Assembly: GCA_964016885.1 (NCBI GenBank)
Contig: OZ024742.1
Span: 158,658,001-158,722,000, forward strand
Source of the DNA: Eledone cirrhosa
Lineage: Eukaryota
Length of the DNA: 64,000 nucleotides
Direction of reading: 5' to 3'
This document shows positions 25,266 through 39,674 of this stretch, piece by piece; positions within the stretch are counted from its first letter, which is position 1; every line of letters begins with the position of its first letter. A program made the position numbers and the translations under genes. The notes beneath the pieces are model-generated. The model was not told the origin of the DNA. It saw nothing but the letters and a program-made list of their open reading frames with translations, and made no database searches.

Positions 25266-27914
25266 TTATCAACAAGTGGTGGTTTGTTCTGAAAAGAGCG
25301 ATTAGAATAGAGTCCATTAGGTTTAGGAAGGCTTTAGCAATAGAGAAAAATAGAGCAGAGGGAGAACTAGTTAGAAAATTAGACGACGCGCTTAGCAAAG
25401 GCATTGCGACCGACGCACTTGCGGCGAAATTGGCCCTTGACCAATTCTTCAATGCAAAGCACGAAGGCTGCGTTGTCAGAGCTAGTGTGCGTGCTCTCAG
25501 ACACGAGGGGACGAAAGCCGTTCTATGAGCCCGAGTGGCGGAGGCGCGTCGTGGCAACAAAGCTACGATCCGGTCTTTGGTGGACCACGACCGGAGCATG
25601 CTACTCGATCCAGGGCAAATGTGTGAAGCTTTTCAGCGACACTTCGCTCAACTGATCGGGAGCAGCGGCGGGCCGGATCGAGATATGGACTTTAGTGTCT
25701 ATCTCAACGGACTACCGCGGCTCTCGGCCACTGAGGCGCAGTGCTGCGAAAAGCCGATAACAGCAGCTGAAATACGGGAGGCAATGACTGGCTGCACAAG
25801 GAGTAAATCGCCTAGTTTGGATGGTCTGCCCTATAAACTTTACGTACAGATGCCAGACTTGTTCGGAGGCCTCTTAGCGGACGTCTACTGCAACTGGCAA
25901 CAGAACGGGAGAATTCCCAGCTCTGTGAGCCGAGGAGCAGTGGCGCTGCTGAGAAAGGATCCGAACAAGGGGGGCATCATAGAAAATTTCAGGCCCATAA
26001 CGCTGCTAAACACAGAGTTCAAGATTTTGGCTAAGGTGCTAGCAAAGAGGTTGGCGCTTGTCGTTGGTGGTCTGGTGGCAGAGGCGCAGACATGCGCCAT
26101 TCCGGACAGATCCATCCACGACAACCTCCACCTCATGCGATACATCGTGGAGGGAATAGCTAGGGAAACTGGTACGAGTGGGTCCTTGATCAATTTAGAT
26201 CAGTCGAAAGCTTTCGATAGGGTCGACCATCATTATCTGGCGGCAGTCCTGAGGGCGGCTGGCTTTGGGCCCGTTTTCAGAGGCTGGATCGCTACCATGC
26301 AAAGCGACATCTGCTCTGTGATGAGACTGAACGGTCACCTTTCGGAACCGTTCAACATCATGCGCTCGGTCTGCCAAGGATGTCCCCTCTCGTCCCTCTT
26401 GTACATATTGACTCTCGAGCCATTACTTCACAAACTGGAGACGTTGGGGGGATCCCGCGCGAACTAGGATGCGGAAGATCCGTGTCAGCATATGCGGACG
26501 ATGTCAACGAAATGGTGTCGAACGCCAAACACATCGAGGCGATCGGCACCACACTAAGAGAATACGAAGCGGTGACAGGAGCAATGATCAACCAGGAAAA
26601 GTCAGTGGGCCTGCAGCTCGGCACCTGGAGAGGCAGGTCATGCCGTCCAACAGCGTCGTCGGGCGTTGGACGGACGGACCGGTTAAATTGCTAGGGGTCT
26701 GGTTCGGTCCGGACCTCCAGACGGACAAGAACTCGGACTAGGTGACGAACAGGGTGGCTTCTCTCACCCAGAAATGAGCGGAGAGGAAGCTATCCCTGAA
26801 AGGTCGAGCGGAGGTAGCTAACACGTACATCGCGTCCGTCATCTACTACCGCCTGACCATCGTGCCTTGTGCTAAGCCTCGCCTGACTGCGCTGGAGCGT
26901 TTGCTCTTTCGCTTTTTGTGGAAGGGACGCGCACCGATGGTCATGCTGTCCATCTGCTGTCAACACACGCTACGTGGAGGGCTGGGAATGCCGTGGCTGA
27001 TGATGCGCAGACACGCCTTGGAAACACCACCTTGGCGTTCTAGAGAGGATTAGTGGAGGGGAAGAGCGACGACGTACTTGGGGAAACTCTAGGCGTCGAC
27101 GAAAATCAACTAGCCAATCTCTTCGGAAGAACTTTCGGGCCAGGGCCTATGGACAACTTCCAGAAATCCCTGGCCTGGCAGTGCTACCGAGGAGGTTTGC
27201 CAGTTCGGGATAAACTCTACAAGCATGGAGGTGCCGTCAGTCGGGAATTTCTGAGATGCGCGCAGGGCGACGAAACCGTCCTGCACGCACTCGTCCAGTG
27301 TCCGAGCATTGCTGACTTGTGGGTTTATGTCGAACACCTGCTGTCGCGTGTAGGACGGATCCAGCTATCAGCTGAGTCCATCGTGAGGATTGCCCCGCCC
27401 TCTTCCTTTAGCCGGGAAGGGCAGGCAGTTTTTATCTGTCTGGTGGCCATGGCGAAAGAGATAGTATGGTGGACACGTTTGAAAGGGCTGAAGACGAGCA
27501 CTTACCTCTTCGGTGATACCCTGATTAACCTTTTCAAATTTCATTTGAAAAGGAAAATCAGGGTAGAGAGGGAAGTGCTCTCTTCCCAGCATTTTGTTGA
27601 AAGATGGGTGAGGGAGGCAAGAATGCCCAGAGTGAATGGGCCTACTCTGAGTATGTGTCTGTAAATTAAAGTTGGAAAACTGGGAGAGGACACTTGCCGT
27701 GGTGGTCAGGGTCACTGTGACTTTTTAATGGGCTTTCTCCACGAATGTCTCTCGGAAGTCTCCCCCCTAATGGGGAATTTTTTCATTGTTCTATTATTAC
27801 ATCCTCTGTTTCTTGTTTTTTACACGCAGAAATGCCCATTTGTACCGCCCTGTATTGTCCTGTACTCTCCTTAATGTCTACTTTATGTAAACTCTTGTGG
27901 TTAATAAAGAAATC
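25266..27914 (+). mobile_element. 5'-truncated Tx1 LINE (RT to C-terminus), flanked by ATT repeats
   Basis: KSPSLDGL, FRPITLLNTEFKILAK, LDQSKAFDRVDH, QGCPLS, YADD. 3' end AATAAAGAAATC(ATT)n; ~200-bp deletion near 27020. Confidence 0.93.
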
Positions 27915-27926
27915 ATTATTATTATT

Positions 27927-30133
27927 CCTTGAATCTCAGTCATTGATGTTGGTTAACTGGAAAGTCCGTTGGAATGAATATCAAGCCACTACCTGCAGCC
28001 TCAGATATTCAGGACGTATCGGAGGGTTCTTGCTGTTCCCAGCAAGCATACCTTTTGAAGCGTTCCAAAAATCGTGAAGGGGCCAATTTTCTTTAACCAT
28101 CCCTGGAAACTTTTGGAGATAGTCCCTATGACAATCGGGATCACTTTGACTTCATGGCAGTTCCAAATCCTTTTTACCTGCCACTTTAAGTCCTGGTATC
28201 GGTTAATTTTCTCCCTCTCCTTCTCTTGCACTCTCGTGTCGAATGGGCAGGCCACATCCACAATCAGACACGATCTTTTTTCTTTGTCCACAACCACCAG
28301 GTCAGGTCTATTATGTTCCAGTTTCTTGTCCGTCTGTATCCTAAAATCCCACAGCACCTTCACCTGATCGTTCTCCATCACCGCCTCTGGCCTATGCTCA
28401 TACCATTTCTCAGAATGTGGTAAATTGTTTACTTTGCACAGGTGACAGTGGATCACCCTGCCCATCACATCATGTCTCCAGCCCTTATAGTGGGTCTGGG
28501 CTATGTGTTTACACTCGGATACAATGTGAGCCACAATCTCCTCTCTCTCTCTCCACAGATCCTGCACAGTGGGCTAGCCTCCTCTTTGTAAATATGGTGT
28601 TTCAACCACTTCGTTTTGAGGGCCTGCTCCTGCGGAGCCATTAACATTCCTTCTGTAGCCTTTTTGAGGTCTCCTCTTCTCAACCAGTTCCATGTCTGTG
28701 GATCTCTAAATTCAGTTTTCTCAAAGAAGGTACTATGAAGGGATTTTCCCTGAAGGCTGCTCTTTCTCCTTGATGTTATTTCCTCCTTGGACATCCCCTG
28801 GCCTATTGTCCCCTCCTTCAGTACAGTTCTGAGCATTGGCTCCTTACTATCAGTCACGTATTTGTATAGGTTGTTTTTCTCCATCTGAACACAGTCCTCT
28901 ATGCTGATGAGACCTCTTCCACCCTCAGATCTCCTTAGGTAGAGTCTATCTATATCACTTCTCTTGTGGAACATGTTGTAGATAGTCAATAGCTTCCTAG
29001 TCTTCCTATCCATTTCTTTTTGTTCAGCAACATTCCATCTCAGAATTCCCGCACTGTACCTAATAATAGACACAGCTCGGGAATTTACTGCGCTTATGGC
29101 ATTTCTGCTGTTCAGATGTGACTTCAATACGCTCCTTACTCTCCGAATGTATTCAGTTCTTAACAATTCCTTCATTTTTTTGTTCTTTATGCCATCAGCT
29201 TCCAGAACGCCCAAATACTTGTATCCTTCCTCAGAGTCAATTTCCTTTATCATCTCACCTGTTGGTATCTGGATTCTGTTACTTCTGCTCAACCTACCAC
29301 TCCTCATCACCATGACTCGACACTTGCTAATACCAAACTGCATACATATATCACTGCTGAAAATACGGACAGTGTCAACAAGCACATCCAACTCCTTCTC
29401 ACTCTTCCCGAAGAGCTTAAGATCGTCCATGAAGAGGAGGTGATTGATGGTAAGCTCTCCCTTTCACAACTTGTATCCTGCTCTCACTTTTCGCAGCATA
29501 ATGGTCAAGGGCATCAGGGCAAGGACAAACAACAGAGGGGACAGGCTATCTCCCTGGAAGATACCTCTCTTGATCTTCACGCTTCCCAAAGATTCTCCAG
29601 TTGATGTCAACTCTGTCTCCCAGGACCCCATACTCCTGCCCAGCAACTGTCTGATGTTATCTGCCACCTTGAAGATCTCCAGGCTTTTGGTGATCCAAGA
29701 ATGAGGCACCATGTCAAATGCCTTTCTGTAGTCTATCCATCCCATGGCAAGATCAGTGTGTCTCCTCCTGCAATTCCCCATTACCATCTTATCAATAAGT
29801 AACTGGTCCATTGTACCACGTGACTTCTTTCGGCATCCTTTCTGTTCGTCCGGTAACAAGTTGTTTGTGTGGAGGTGATGGTAGATTTCCTCAGACACAA
29901 TGCTCGTCAACAGTTTCCACATTACGGACAGACATGTGATAGGTCTATAGTTGGTTACATCATTACCCTTGATTCAGTCTTTCATTAACAGAACTGTGGT
30001 ACCTTTTGTCAACCACTCTGGCACCTCACCCGACACCAAACAGTCATTGAACATGGCTGTCAGTTTCGGATGGAGGGATGTTAAATTTTTAATCCAATAC
30101 CCCTGCACACCATCTGGGCCTGGTGATTTCCAA
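27927..30133 (-). mobile_element. 5'-truncated R4/Dong LINE, flanked by (TAA)n on both sides
   Basis: [37 protein letters not shown] and RPDLVVVD..IVDVACP..EKINRY (restriction-like endonuclease). Confidence 0.95.
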
Positions 30134-30419
30134 TTATTATTATTATTATTACAGTTGCATTTATCTTGCTTTATGTTCATACGAGTTATCACCAAGTCAC
30201 AACCAGTGACCTCAAGAGACAACAAGGTCCGCCATGTTCAAGAAAGAACATACATATTCACACATGCATCTTTAGTGTTTAGACTTGTGATGTACTTATA
30301 TTCACAGAATCTTCCTTAGTATATGGGCAGTTCCCATTAGTACTATCTTTTGTATTTCTCCTATACGCGGGTTTCCTGGGATTTGCGATAAGTAATCATT
30401 AGCCTCCTTAGGTATCATT

Positions 30420-33400
30420 CCCAGCCATTAACATTCCTTCTGTAGCCTTTTTAAGGTCTACTCTTTTCAATCAGTTCCATGTCTGTGGATCTCTGAATTC
30501 AGTTTTATCAATTCCTTCATTTTATTGTTCTTGATGTCATCAGCCTCCAGAACACCCAAATACTTGTATCCTTCTTCAGTGTCAATTTTCTTTATCATCT
30601 CACCTGTTGGTACCTGGATTCCGTTGCTTCTTCTCAATTTACCCCCTCTTCATCACAAGGACTCCACACTTACTAATACCAAATTGCATACATATATCAT
30701 TGCTGAAAATACGGACAGTGTCAACAAGCACATCCAACTCCTTGTCACTCTTCCCGAAGAGCTTAAGATCGTCCATGAAGAGGAGGTGATTGATGGTAAG
30801 CTCTCCCTTTCCCAACTTGTATCCTGCTCTCACTTTTCGCAGTATAATGGTCAGGGGAATCAGGGCAAGGACAAACAACAGAGGGGACAGACTATCTCCC
30901 TGGAAGATACCTCTCTTGATCTTCACGCCTCCCAAGGATTCTCCAGCTGATGTAAACTCTGTTTTCCAGGACTTCATACTTTTGCCCAACAACTGTCTGA
31001 TGTTATCTGCCACCCTGAAGATCTCTAGGCTTTCGGTGATTCAAGAATGAGGTACCATGTCGAATGCTTTTTTGTAGTCTATCCATCCCATGGCAAGACC
31101 AGTGTGTCTCCTCCTGCAATTCCTCATTACCATCTTATCAATAAGTAACTGGTCCTTTGTACCACGGGACTTCTTTCGGCATCCTTTCTGTTCGTCCGGT
31201 AACAAGCTGTTTGTGTGCAGGTGATGGAAGATTTCCTCAGACACAATGCTTGTCAACAGTTTCCACATTACGGACAGACATATGATAGGTCTATAGTTGG
31301 TAACATCATTACCCTTGATTCGGACTTTCATTACCAGAACAGTGGTACCTTTTGTCAACCACTATGGTACCTCACCTGACATCAAGCAGTCATTGAACAT
31401 CGTTGTCAGTTTCGGGTGGAGGGATGTTATATTTTTAATCAAATAATCTGGGCCTGGTGATTTCCAGTTGGTTAGTTTTTTGGCCTGCCCCTTAAGAGTT
31501 TCAACTGTGATACTCAAATCAGTTTGTTGGTGTGTTTGTTCACTAATCTCCTTTTGTACTGTCTCAATCCACTCTGCCTGGTCATTATGTTTAACATCCT
31601 GCTCCCATATTCCTCTCCAGAATGTCTTAGTTTGTTCCGCCTCAGGGATTAAGTCGTTGCCTCTTTCTTTCCCTTCAAGCAGTCCAAACAACATCTGGTT
31701 GTTGTCAAACAGTCAGTTCTGTCTATACTGACTGACTCTGCTCTCGTATCGCCTAATTTTTACACTCTTTGCTACAATGCGTTGCTTCAGTTCCTCTATG
31801 ATAATATTTAGCTTTGTCCTCCTTGTTTTGTACTTTATTTCCAGTCTATTTTTAGTGTCTATGTTTTTTAGTGTCCCATTCAGTAGGGACTCAAGCTTTC
31901 CAATGTCATTTATCATTTCCCTGATTTGACCATTCAGTCGTTTCTTCCACCAAGGTTCTGATCTTTCTTGTTTGTTGTTTCCTCTCGATTATGGGATGAC
32001 TTTGTTTACCTTATCTGTTGTTTCTTTTAACTTTTTCCTGTCTACAAATCTTAGGTTCATAGGTTTCCCACTATCATTGTTCATTTCATCTACCACTAAG
32101 TTTAGGATATCAACCAACTCTTGTCCTAGCCCGTCAGCATTCATCTCCTCAATGGCCGTATCTCTGTCCCAGGTATTATTTATTTCAGCATTCAGATCAT
32201 TGTCTGCTTCGGATGGTTCCTCCGCTCCCTCAACCTCTTCACCTTCATTTCCCACTGGCTCGTTTGCCTGGCATACACCACTCTCCATTTCCAACCTAAT
32301 CTCTCTGCTCAGTTCCTCCAGTTCCAGCTCGCTTATCCACCCATTAGTTCTTATTACCCGAGCCTGCCCGGCCAATTTTTGTTCATCTAATTTAAATAGA
32401 CCAATCTCGTTCCAGATGTTATGCATCCGTTTCCTATAGCCTTTTTCCTTGGTGTTACTCTTCAAGTAACATTGCATAACAGTTCTATTCAATTCTTTTG
32501 TCCAGTTGGTTCTGGTCCCTTTCCTTCTTCTTCCTCCGACACCAGCAGTATTTGGTTGACAGCCAGGTCCCTGCTGCTGAGCCAGGGAGCACCTGCTGGG
32601 TGAGAGTCTGTCACATGACATTCCAGTCTCCACTTCACCGTTATTCGAACTGTTTAGGTTCGACATTTAAACACTCTTATCGAGGATTGGTGAATGTATG
32701 TTTACATAACCACCGGTGATTTCATCACCCCCGGTGATTTTAGTTTGGTACTATCACGCTGTAGACTAACATAAATAAACAAACAAACAAATAGGTATCC
32801 CCCCACCCCCCACCCCACAAAAAAAGAATAAGCATAAGTTTCATTGTAGTGTAATCTTTGAATGTCTGACTTAGTTTTTTTTCTTTTCTTGTCTGTCTGT
32901 CTGTTTGCTTTTCTTTTCTTGTTTTCTTTACGTTTTTCGTTGCTGCTGTGCTGTTTTGATTTTGATTTTTGTTTTTTTTATTTTTTGACCGGGTCATCAA
33001 TTCAGTCTATTTATATCTTTTGATGCCTTCCTCATTTAGTGGGAATACTACGATGTGAGGCAGTGGTGGTGGTTGTGATGTGCTAGTAGTACTTAGCAGG
33101 AGGTAGTGGGAGAGAATAGCGGCGGTAGCGATAATGAGGCAGCGGTGAAGGTGATGTGATCGTAGTACTGTAGTGATGGTGTTGAAGTTGAAGTAGAAAT
33201 AGAAGTTAAGGTAGAAATAGAAGTTAAGTGGTGATGTTGGTGGTGAAATTATTTGCCTGTCTGTCCACTTAGCCATTTTTCTCTTTTTCGACTATAACAT
33301 TTCTGATCCAAAATTAAATATTAAATATTGGGGCCCTATGCCGTAATGTGATGCGTAGTGGCTTGCTGAGAGTCAAAACTGTAATCTTATACTTCATTTG

Positions 33401-33486
33401 TAATAAGAATTATTCTTTCACTGTTGGTTTAAATAAGTAAAAATCAAAAACTTACGGGAGCGATTCCATAACGATATATATCCACC
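30420..33486 (-). mobile_element. R4/Dong LINE with intact 5' end, 3' part lost and internal deletions
   Basis: ORF pieces 30639-32666 match the 692-aa ORF at 40981-43059; 5' end follows TAATAA. Confidence 0.92.
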
Positions 33487-33493
33487 TTATTAT

Positions 33494-36400
33494 GACATCC
33501 TCTTGGAAACACCCATGACCAGCGAAAGGGACGGATCTACTGTCCCTTCACCACACGATCAAGGTAAGTGACCCTTTCTCGCTTGCCCTGTTTCTCATCC
33601 AACATGGCCGTACTCAGAATAGGCAGTATAAATGCACGTGGCCTGGGGTCATCTTGGAAGCAGGGTCACCAGCTCAACGACCTCAGGTCACTAAACATAG
33701 ATGTGGTGGCCATCAGTGAGACCAGAATCTCTGAAGAACAAGCCTTCGCACCGATCTTCGGCGGCTACGATGTATACGCATCTCCCAGCCGTCCAGAATC
33801 GGGGGAGGGGTTGCCGTCCTTTTTTGGAGAGGCTTGGATCTCGCGATACGGGCCATCTTCCTAGAACCAGAAGGTAAGTCGGTGGTGCTGGACGTGACCG
33901 GCAGCGAAGGCAATGCTTTCAGGCTAGTAGCCGTCTACGCTCCAGCAGGGGCAGGACGGCCAGATTTCTTCAGACGTCTAGAGACCTTTCTTGGAACGTC
34001 CCGCTCTTTAGTGTTAGTGGGCGACTGGAACGGTATCGTGGATGCACGCTGGGATTGTGTGGGGCTAGTGGATATGGGAGGAGGGTGCAAGAGCCTCACC
34101 AACCTGCTCAGACCTTTTTAACTGTCTGACAGGTATCGACTGGATCACCCGAATGTGCCAATGTGGACATGGACAAACCGTATCGGGTCATCCAGATCGT
34201 ATCTCGATAGGGTATTCTTCAGAGAACTAGATAAGGCTAGTATAAGTTGTCCACAATTTAAAATAGTCGACTACACAGACCACAATTGTGTGATCTGTGA
34301 GATCGACATAGACAGACTTCATAGACAAGTGCCTGGTTACTGGAAGCTGAACGCGTCTTTCTCGGCGCGCAAAGCCTACAGAGACCGAATTAGCGTATTA
34401 GTTAAGCGGGCGTTGACGGGAGCGGTCGTCAATCACAGGTGGGGATTCGCCCTGAAAAGGGCAATTAAAGTAGAGTCGATTAGGTTTAGCAAAGGAGTAG
34501 TGATAGAGGAAAATAGAGTAGAGGGAGAGCTAGTCAGAAAGCTAGAAGAGGCGTTTAGGACAGGCATCGCAACCTACGTACTTGCGGCGAGATTGGCACT
34601 CGACCAATTCCTCAACGCAAAACACGAAGGCTGAGTTGTCAGAGCTAGAGCTCATGCTCTGAAATACGAGGGGACAAAAGCCGTCCAATGGGCCCGGGTG
34701 GCAGAGGCGCGACGTGGCAACAAAGCCAAAATTCGATCTTTGTCTGACCAAAACGGGTGCGTGATGCTCGAATCTGAGCGGATGTGTGAAGCTTTTCACC
34801 AGCACTTTGCTGAACTGTTCGGGAGCAGCGGCGGTCCGGATCGGGGCTGGACTTCAGTGCATACCTCGACGGACTGCCTCGGCTCTCGACGACCGCAGCA
34901 CAGTGTTGCGAAAAGCTAATAACAGCCGGTGAAATACGGTAAGCGATGGCTAACTGCACAAGGGGTAAATCGCCAGGTTTGGATGGTCTGCCCTACGAGC
35001 TTTATGCATTTATGCCAGACTTGTTCGGTAACCTCTTGGCAGACGTCTACAACTGGCAGCAGAACGGGAGCATTCCCAGTTTTGTGAGCCAGGGAGCAGT
35101 GGCGCTGCTGAGAAAAGACCCGAACAAGGGGGATGTTATCGATAAGTTCAGGCCCATAACCCTGCTAAACGCAGAGTTCAAGATTTTGGCCAAGGTGTTA
35201 GCAACGAGGTTGGCGCTTGTCGTCAAGGGTCTGGTGGGAGAGGCGCAGACATGCACCATTCCGGACAGATCCATACACGACAACCTCCACCTCATGCGAT
35301 ACATCATAGAGAGGTTGGTTAAGGAACCTGGAACGGGTTGGGCCCTAATCAACTTGGATCAATCCAAAGCATTCGATAGGGTCGACCATCGGTACCTGGC
35401 GGCGGTCCTCGAGGCAGCCGGTTTCGGGCCCGTTTTCAGGGGTTGGATCGCAACAATGTACAGCGACATCTGCTCAGTTGTGAGGGTGAACGGTCACCTT
35501 TCGCAGCCGTTCAGCATCATGCGCTCAGTCCGCCAGGGTTGTCCCCTCTCGTCCCTCTTGTACGTATTGGCTCTCGAGCCGTTACTGCACACACTGGGGG
35601 CGATGAGAGGCGTCCCACGCGAACTAGGATGCGGGAAATCCGAGTCGGCTTGCGCCGACGACGTCACCGTGGTGGTGTCGAACACCAGACACGTCCAGAT
35701 CCTCGGCACCGCTCTCAAGGAATACGAAGCGGTGACAGGAACAAAGGTAAACCAGTAAAAGTCGGTGGGCTTGCAGCTCGGCACCTGGAGAGGCAAGTCC
35801 ATGCCATCCGACAGCGTCGTGGGGCGTTGGACGGACGGACCGGTTAAATTGCATGGGGTCTGGTTCGGACCGGACCTCCAGATGGAGAAAAACTGGAACG
35901 AGGTGACGAGCAGGGTGGCCTCCCTCACCCAGAAATGGGCCGAGAGGAAACTGTCCCTGAAAGGCCGTGCGGAGGTGACGAATGCGTACATCGCATCCGT
36001 CATCTGCTAGCGCCTCACCGTCGTCCCTTGCTCCAGCCCAACTATCACCAAAATGGAGCGCCTCCTCTTCCGCTTTTTGTGGAAGGGACGCGCTCCCATG
36101 GTCAGACGATCCATCTCCTGTCAACACCCGTTGCGTGGAGGACTTGGCATGCCATGGCTGATGATGCGCAAACATGTACTGAGGCTGCGACATCTCTGGT
36201 GCTTCCTTGACGGTAAACAGGTGTGGTCGCAGTTCGCCAGGCACGTTTTCCCACAGCTCGTCTCCTTGACGGAACTGAAGTCCTGGGTCAGAAAAAGACC
36301 GAGGAATAGCGCTTGGAAACTGGAATGTCTCCAGGCGCTCACTGCCCTCTGCCAGCTGGGCACCAGTATCGGTGGAACATCCACCTCGGCGTTCTATAGA

Positions 36401-37318
36401 GGACTAATGGAGGGGAAGAGCGACGACATTCTCGGAGTCATCCTGGGCGTCGAAGAAGATCAGCTGTTTGCTCTCTTCCGGAGAACTTTCAGCCCAGGGC
36501 CTATGGATAACTTCCAAAAATCCCTGGCCTGGCAGTGCTACCGGGGAGCGCTGCCGGTTCGAGATAAGCTCAACAGGCACGGAAATGCCGTCAGCCGAGC
36601 CTGTCCGAGATGCGCGCAGAGCGACGAAACCGTCGTACACGCACTTGTTCAGTGTCCGAGCATTGCTGACTTGTGAAGCTATGTCGAACAGATGCTGTCG
36701 CGTGTAGGACTGATCCAGTTATCGACTGAGTCCATTGTGCAGAAGGTCTCGCCGTCTTCCTTCGAGGAGGAAGGGCAGGCGGTTTTCATCTCCCTGGTGG
36801 CCATGGCGAAAGAGATTGTGTGGTGGACAAGGTTAAAAGGGTTAAAGACAGACACTTTCCTCTTCGGCGAATCCCTAATTAACTGTTTCAAGTTTCACTT
36901 GAAGAGGAAAATCAGGATGGAGAGGCAAGTGCTGCCTTCTAGCAAGTTTGTTGAAAGGTGGGTGAATGTAGCGAGAATGGTCCGAGTGAACGGGACCGTT
37001 CTGAATATACGTCTGTAGTTTGAGAAATGGAAAAATTGAGAGAGGGCGCTTGCTCTGGTGGTCAGGGTGGCCGTGGTCGTTTTTGTGGTTTTCGCCACGA
37101 GTAACCCTCGGAGGTTTCCCCCCCTATTGGGGAATTTTTCATTGTTTCAATTTTCATTTTTATTGTTTATATATATATATGTTTCTATGTCTTTTTTCTT
37201 TTCTTATATAAATAATAAAAATATTTAAACGCCTAAAACCCACATCGTACCGTCCTGTACCGTCCTGTGCCGTCTGTAATGTTTTTCTTGATGTCAGCCC
37301 TTGTGGCCAATAAAGAAA

Positions 37319-37320
<2 letters not shown>
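33494..37320 (+). mobile_element. Tx1 LINE: end of ORF1, complete but disrupted ORF2 (33604-37018), 3' UTR and (ATT)n tail
   Basis: MAVLRIGSINARGL, AISET, VYAP, GDWN, SYLDR, TDH, RT motifs and CPRC. Tail GCCCTTGTGGCCAATAAAGAAATC(ATT)n. Confidence 0.95.
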
Positions 37321-37368
<48 letters not shown>

Positions 37369-37550
37369 GGCGACCTACGTAGGAAATCGTATCATCGTGA
37401 GCTCCGCAAAGGTTTGTTGTTTTCGTTTGTTTAAAATTGCCATATATGGAAAATTTTTGTTGTTAACTATTTATAAGGTCACAAAATTTGCTTTCGGAAA
37501 AGGACACTCAAAAAGATTGGGGACTTGAGCCCAAAATTTAAATTCTTATA
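37369..37550 (+). mobile_element. Orphan LINE 5' leader between two ATT tracts
   Basis: Same layout as the leaders at 13700-13875 and 19960-20165: short GC-richer start, GT..AG segment 37412-37477, then GC-rich motif GAGCCCAAAATTT. Confidence 0.55.
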
Positions 37551-37580
37551 ATTATTACTAAAGTTATTATTATTATTATT

Positions 37581-39549
37581 AACCTCCACCTCATGCGATA
37601 CATCGTAGAGAGGGTAGCTAGAGAACCTGGCACGGGTGGGTCCTTGATCAATTTAGATCAGTCGAAAGCTTTCGATAGGTTCGACCATCATTACCTAGCG
37701 GCAGTCCAGAGGGCGGCTGGCTTTGGGCCCGTCTTCAGAGGCTGGATCGCTGCCATGCACAGCGACATCTGCTCTGTGGTGAGAGTGAACGGTCACCTTT
37801 CGGAACCGTTCAACGTCATGCGCTCGGTCCGCCAAGTATGTCCCCCCTCGTCCCTCTTGTACGTATTGACTCTCGAGCCATTACTGCACAAACTGGAGAC
37901 GTTGAGGGGGGTCCCGCGCGAACTAGAATGCGCAAGTCCGTGTCAACATATGCGGACGATGTCACCGTAGTGGTGTCGAACGCCAAACACATCGAGGCGA
38001 TCGGCACTACACTAAGAGAATACGAAGCGGTGACAGGAGCAATGATGAACCAGGAAAGGTCATTGGGCCTGCAGCTAGGCACCTGGAGAGGCAGGTCCAT
38101 GTCGTCCAACAGCTCGTCGGGCGCTGGATGGATGGACCGGTTAAATTGCTAGGGGTCTGGTTCGGTCCGGACCTCCAGACGGACAAAAACTGGGACGAGG
38201 TGATAAGCAGGGTGGCTTCTCTCACCCAGAAATGGGCGGAGAGGAAGCTATCCCTGAAAGGTCGAGCGGAGGTGGCTAACACGTACATCGCGTCCGTCAT
38301 CTACTACCGCCTGACCGTCGTATCTTGTCCTAAGCCCCGCCTGACTGCGCTGGAACGTTTGCTCTTTCGCTTTTTGTGGAAGGGACGCGCTCCATCTGCT
38401 GTCAACACCCGCTACGTGGAGGGCTGGGCAAGCCTGGGTTGATAATGAACAGACACGCGCTCAGGCTACGACATCTCCACCTCTTCCTCGACGGTGATCA
38501 GGTGTGGTCGCCGTTTGCTAGACGGGTCTTTCCCCAGCTCGTCTCCTTGACGGAGCTGCAGTCCTGGGTCAAGCGAAGACCGAGAGGGAGCGCTTGGAGA
38601 CTGGAATGTCTTCAGGCGCTCACAGCCCTCGACCAAACGGGCAATGTGATCGGTGGAAACACCACCTTGGCGTTCTAGAGAGGATTAATGGAGGGGAAGA
38701 GTGACGACGTACTTGGGGAAACTCTAAGCGTCGACGAAAATCAACTAGCCAATCTCTTCGGAAGAACTTTCGGGCCGGGCCTATGGACAACTTCCAGAAA
38801 TCCCTGGCCTGGCAGTGCTACCGAGGAGCTTTGCCAGTTCGGGATAAAATCTACAGGCATGGAGGTGCCGTCAGCCGGGCATGTCCGAGATGCGCGCAGG
38901 GCGACGAAATCGTCCTGCACGCACTCGTCCAGTGTCCGAGCATTGCTGACTTGTGGGTTTATGTCGAACACCTGCTGTCGCGTGTAGGACGGATCCAGCT
39001 ATCAGCTGAGTCCGTCGTGAGGATTGCCCCGCCCTCTTCCTTTAGCCGGGAAGCGCAGGCAGTTTTTATCTCTCTGGTGGCCATGGCGAAAGAGCTAGTA
39101 TGGTGGACACGTTTGAAAGGGCTGAAGACGAGCACTTACCTCTTCGGTGATGCCCTGATTAACCTTTTCAAATTTCATTTGAAAAGGAAAATCAGGGTAG
39201 AGAGGGAAGTGCTCTCTTCCCAGCATTTTGTTGAAAGATGGGTGAGAGAGGCAAGAATGGCCCGAGTGATTGGGCCTACTCTGAGTATGTGTCTGTAAAT
39301 TAAAGGTGGAAAACTGGGAGATGGCACTTGCCTTGGTGGTCAGGGTCACTGTGGCTTTTTAATGGGCTTTCTCGACGAATGTCCCTCGGAAGTCTCCCCC
39401 CTATTGGGGAATTTTTTCATTGTTCTATTATTACATCCTCTGTTTTTTGTTTTTTTACACGCAGAAATGCCCTTTTGTACCGTCCTGTATTGTCCTGTAC
39501 TGTCCTTAATGTCTACTTTATGTAAACCCTTGTGGTTAATAAAGAAAAC
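37581..39549 (+). mobile_element. 5'-truncated Tx1 LINE, closely related to 25266-27914
   Basis: Starts at NLHLMRY directly after (ATT)n; 3' UTR nearly identical to 27665-27914. Confidence 0.93.
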
Positions 39550-39674
39550 ATTATTCTTCTTATTATTATTATTATTATTATTATTATTGTTATTGTTATT
39601 CCTTGAATCTCAGTCATTGATGTTGGTTAACTGGAAAGTCCGTTGGATTGAATATCAAGCCACTACCTGCAGCC

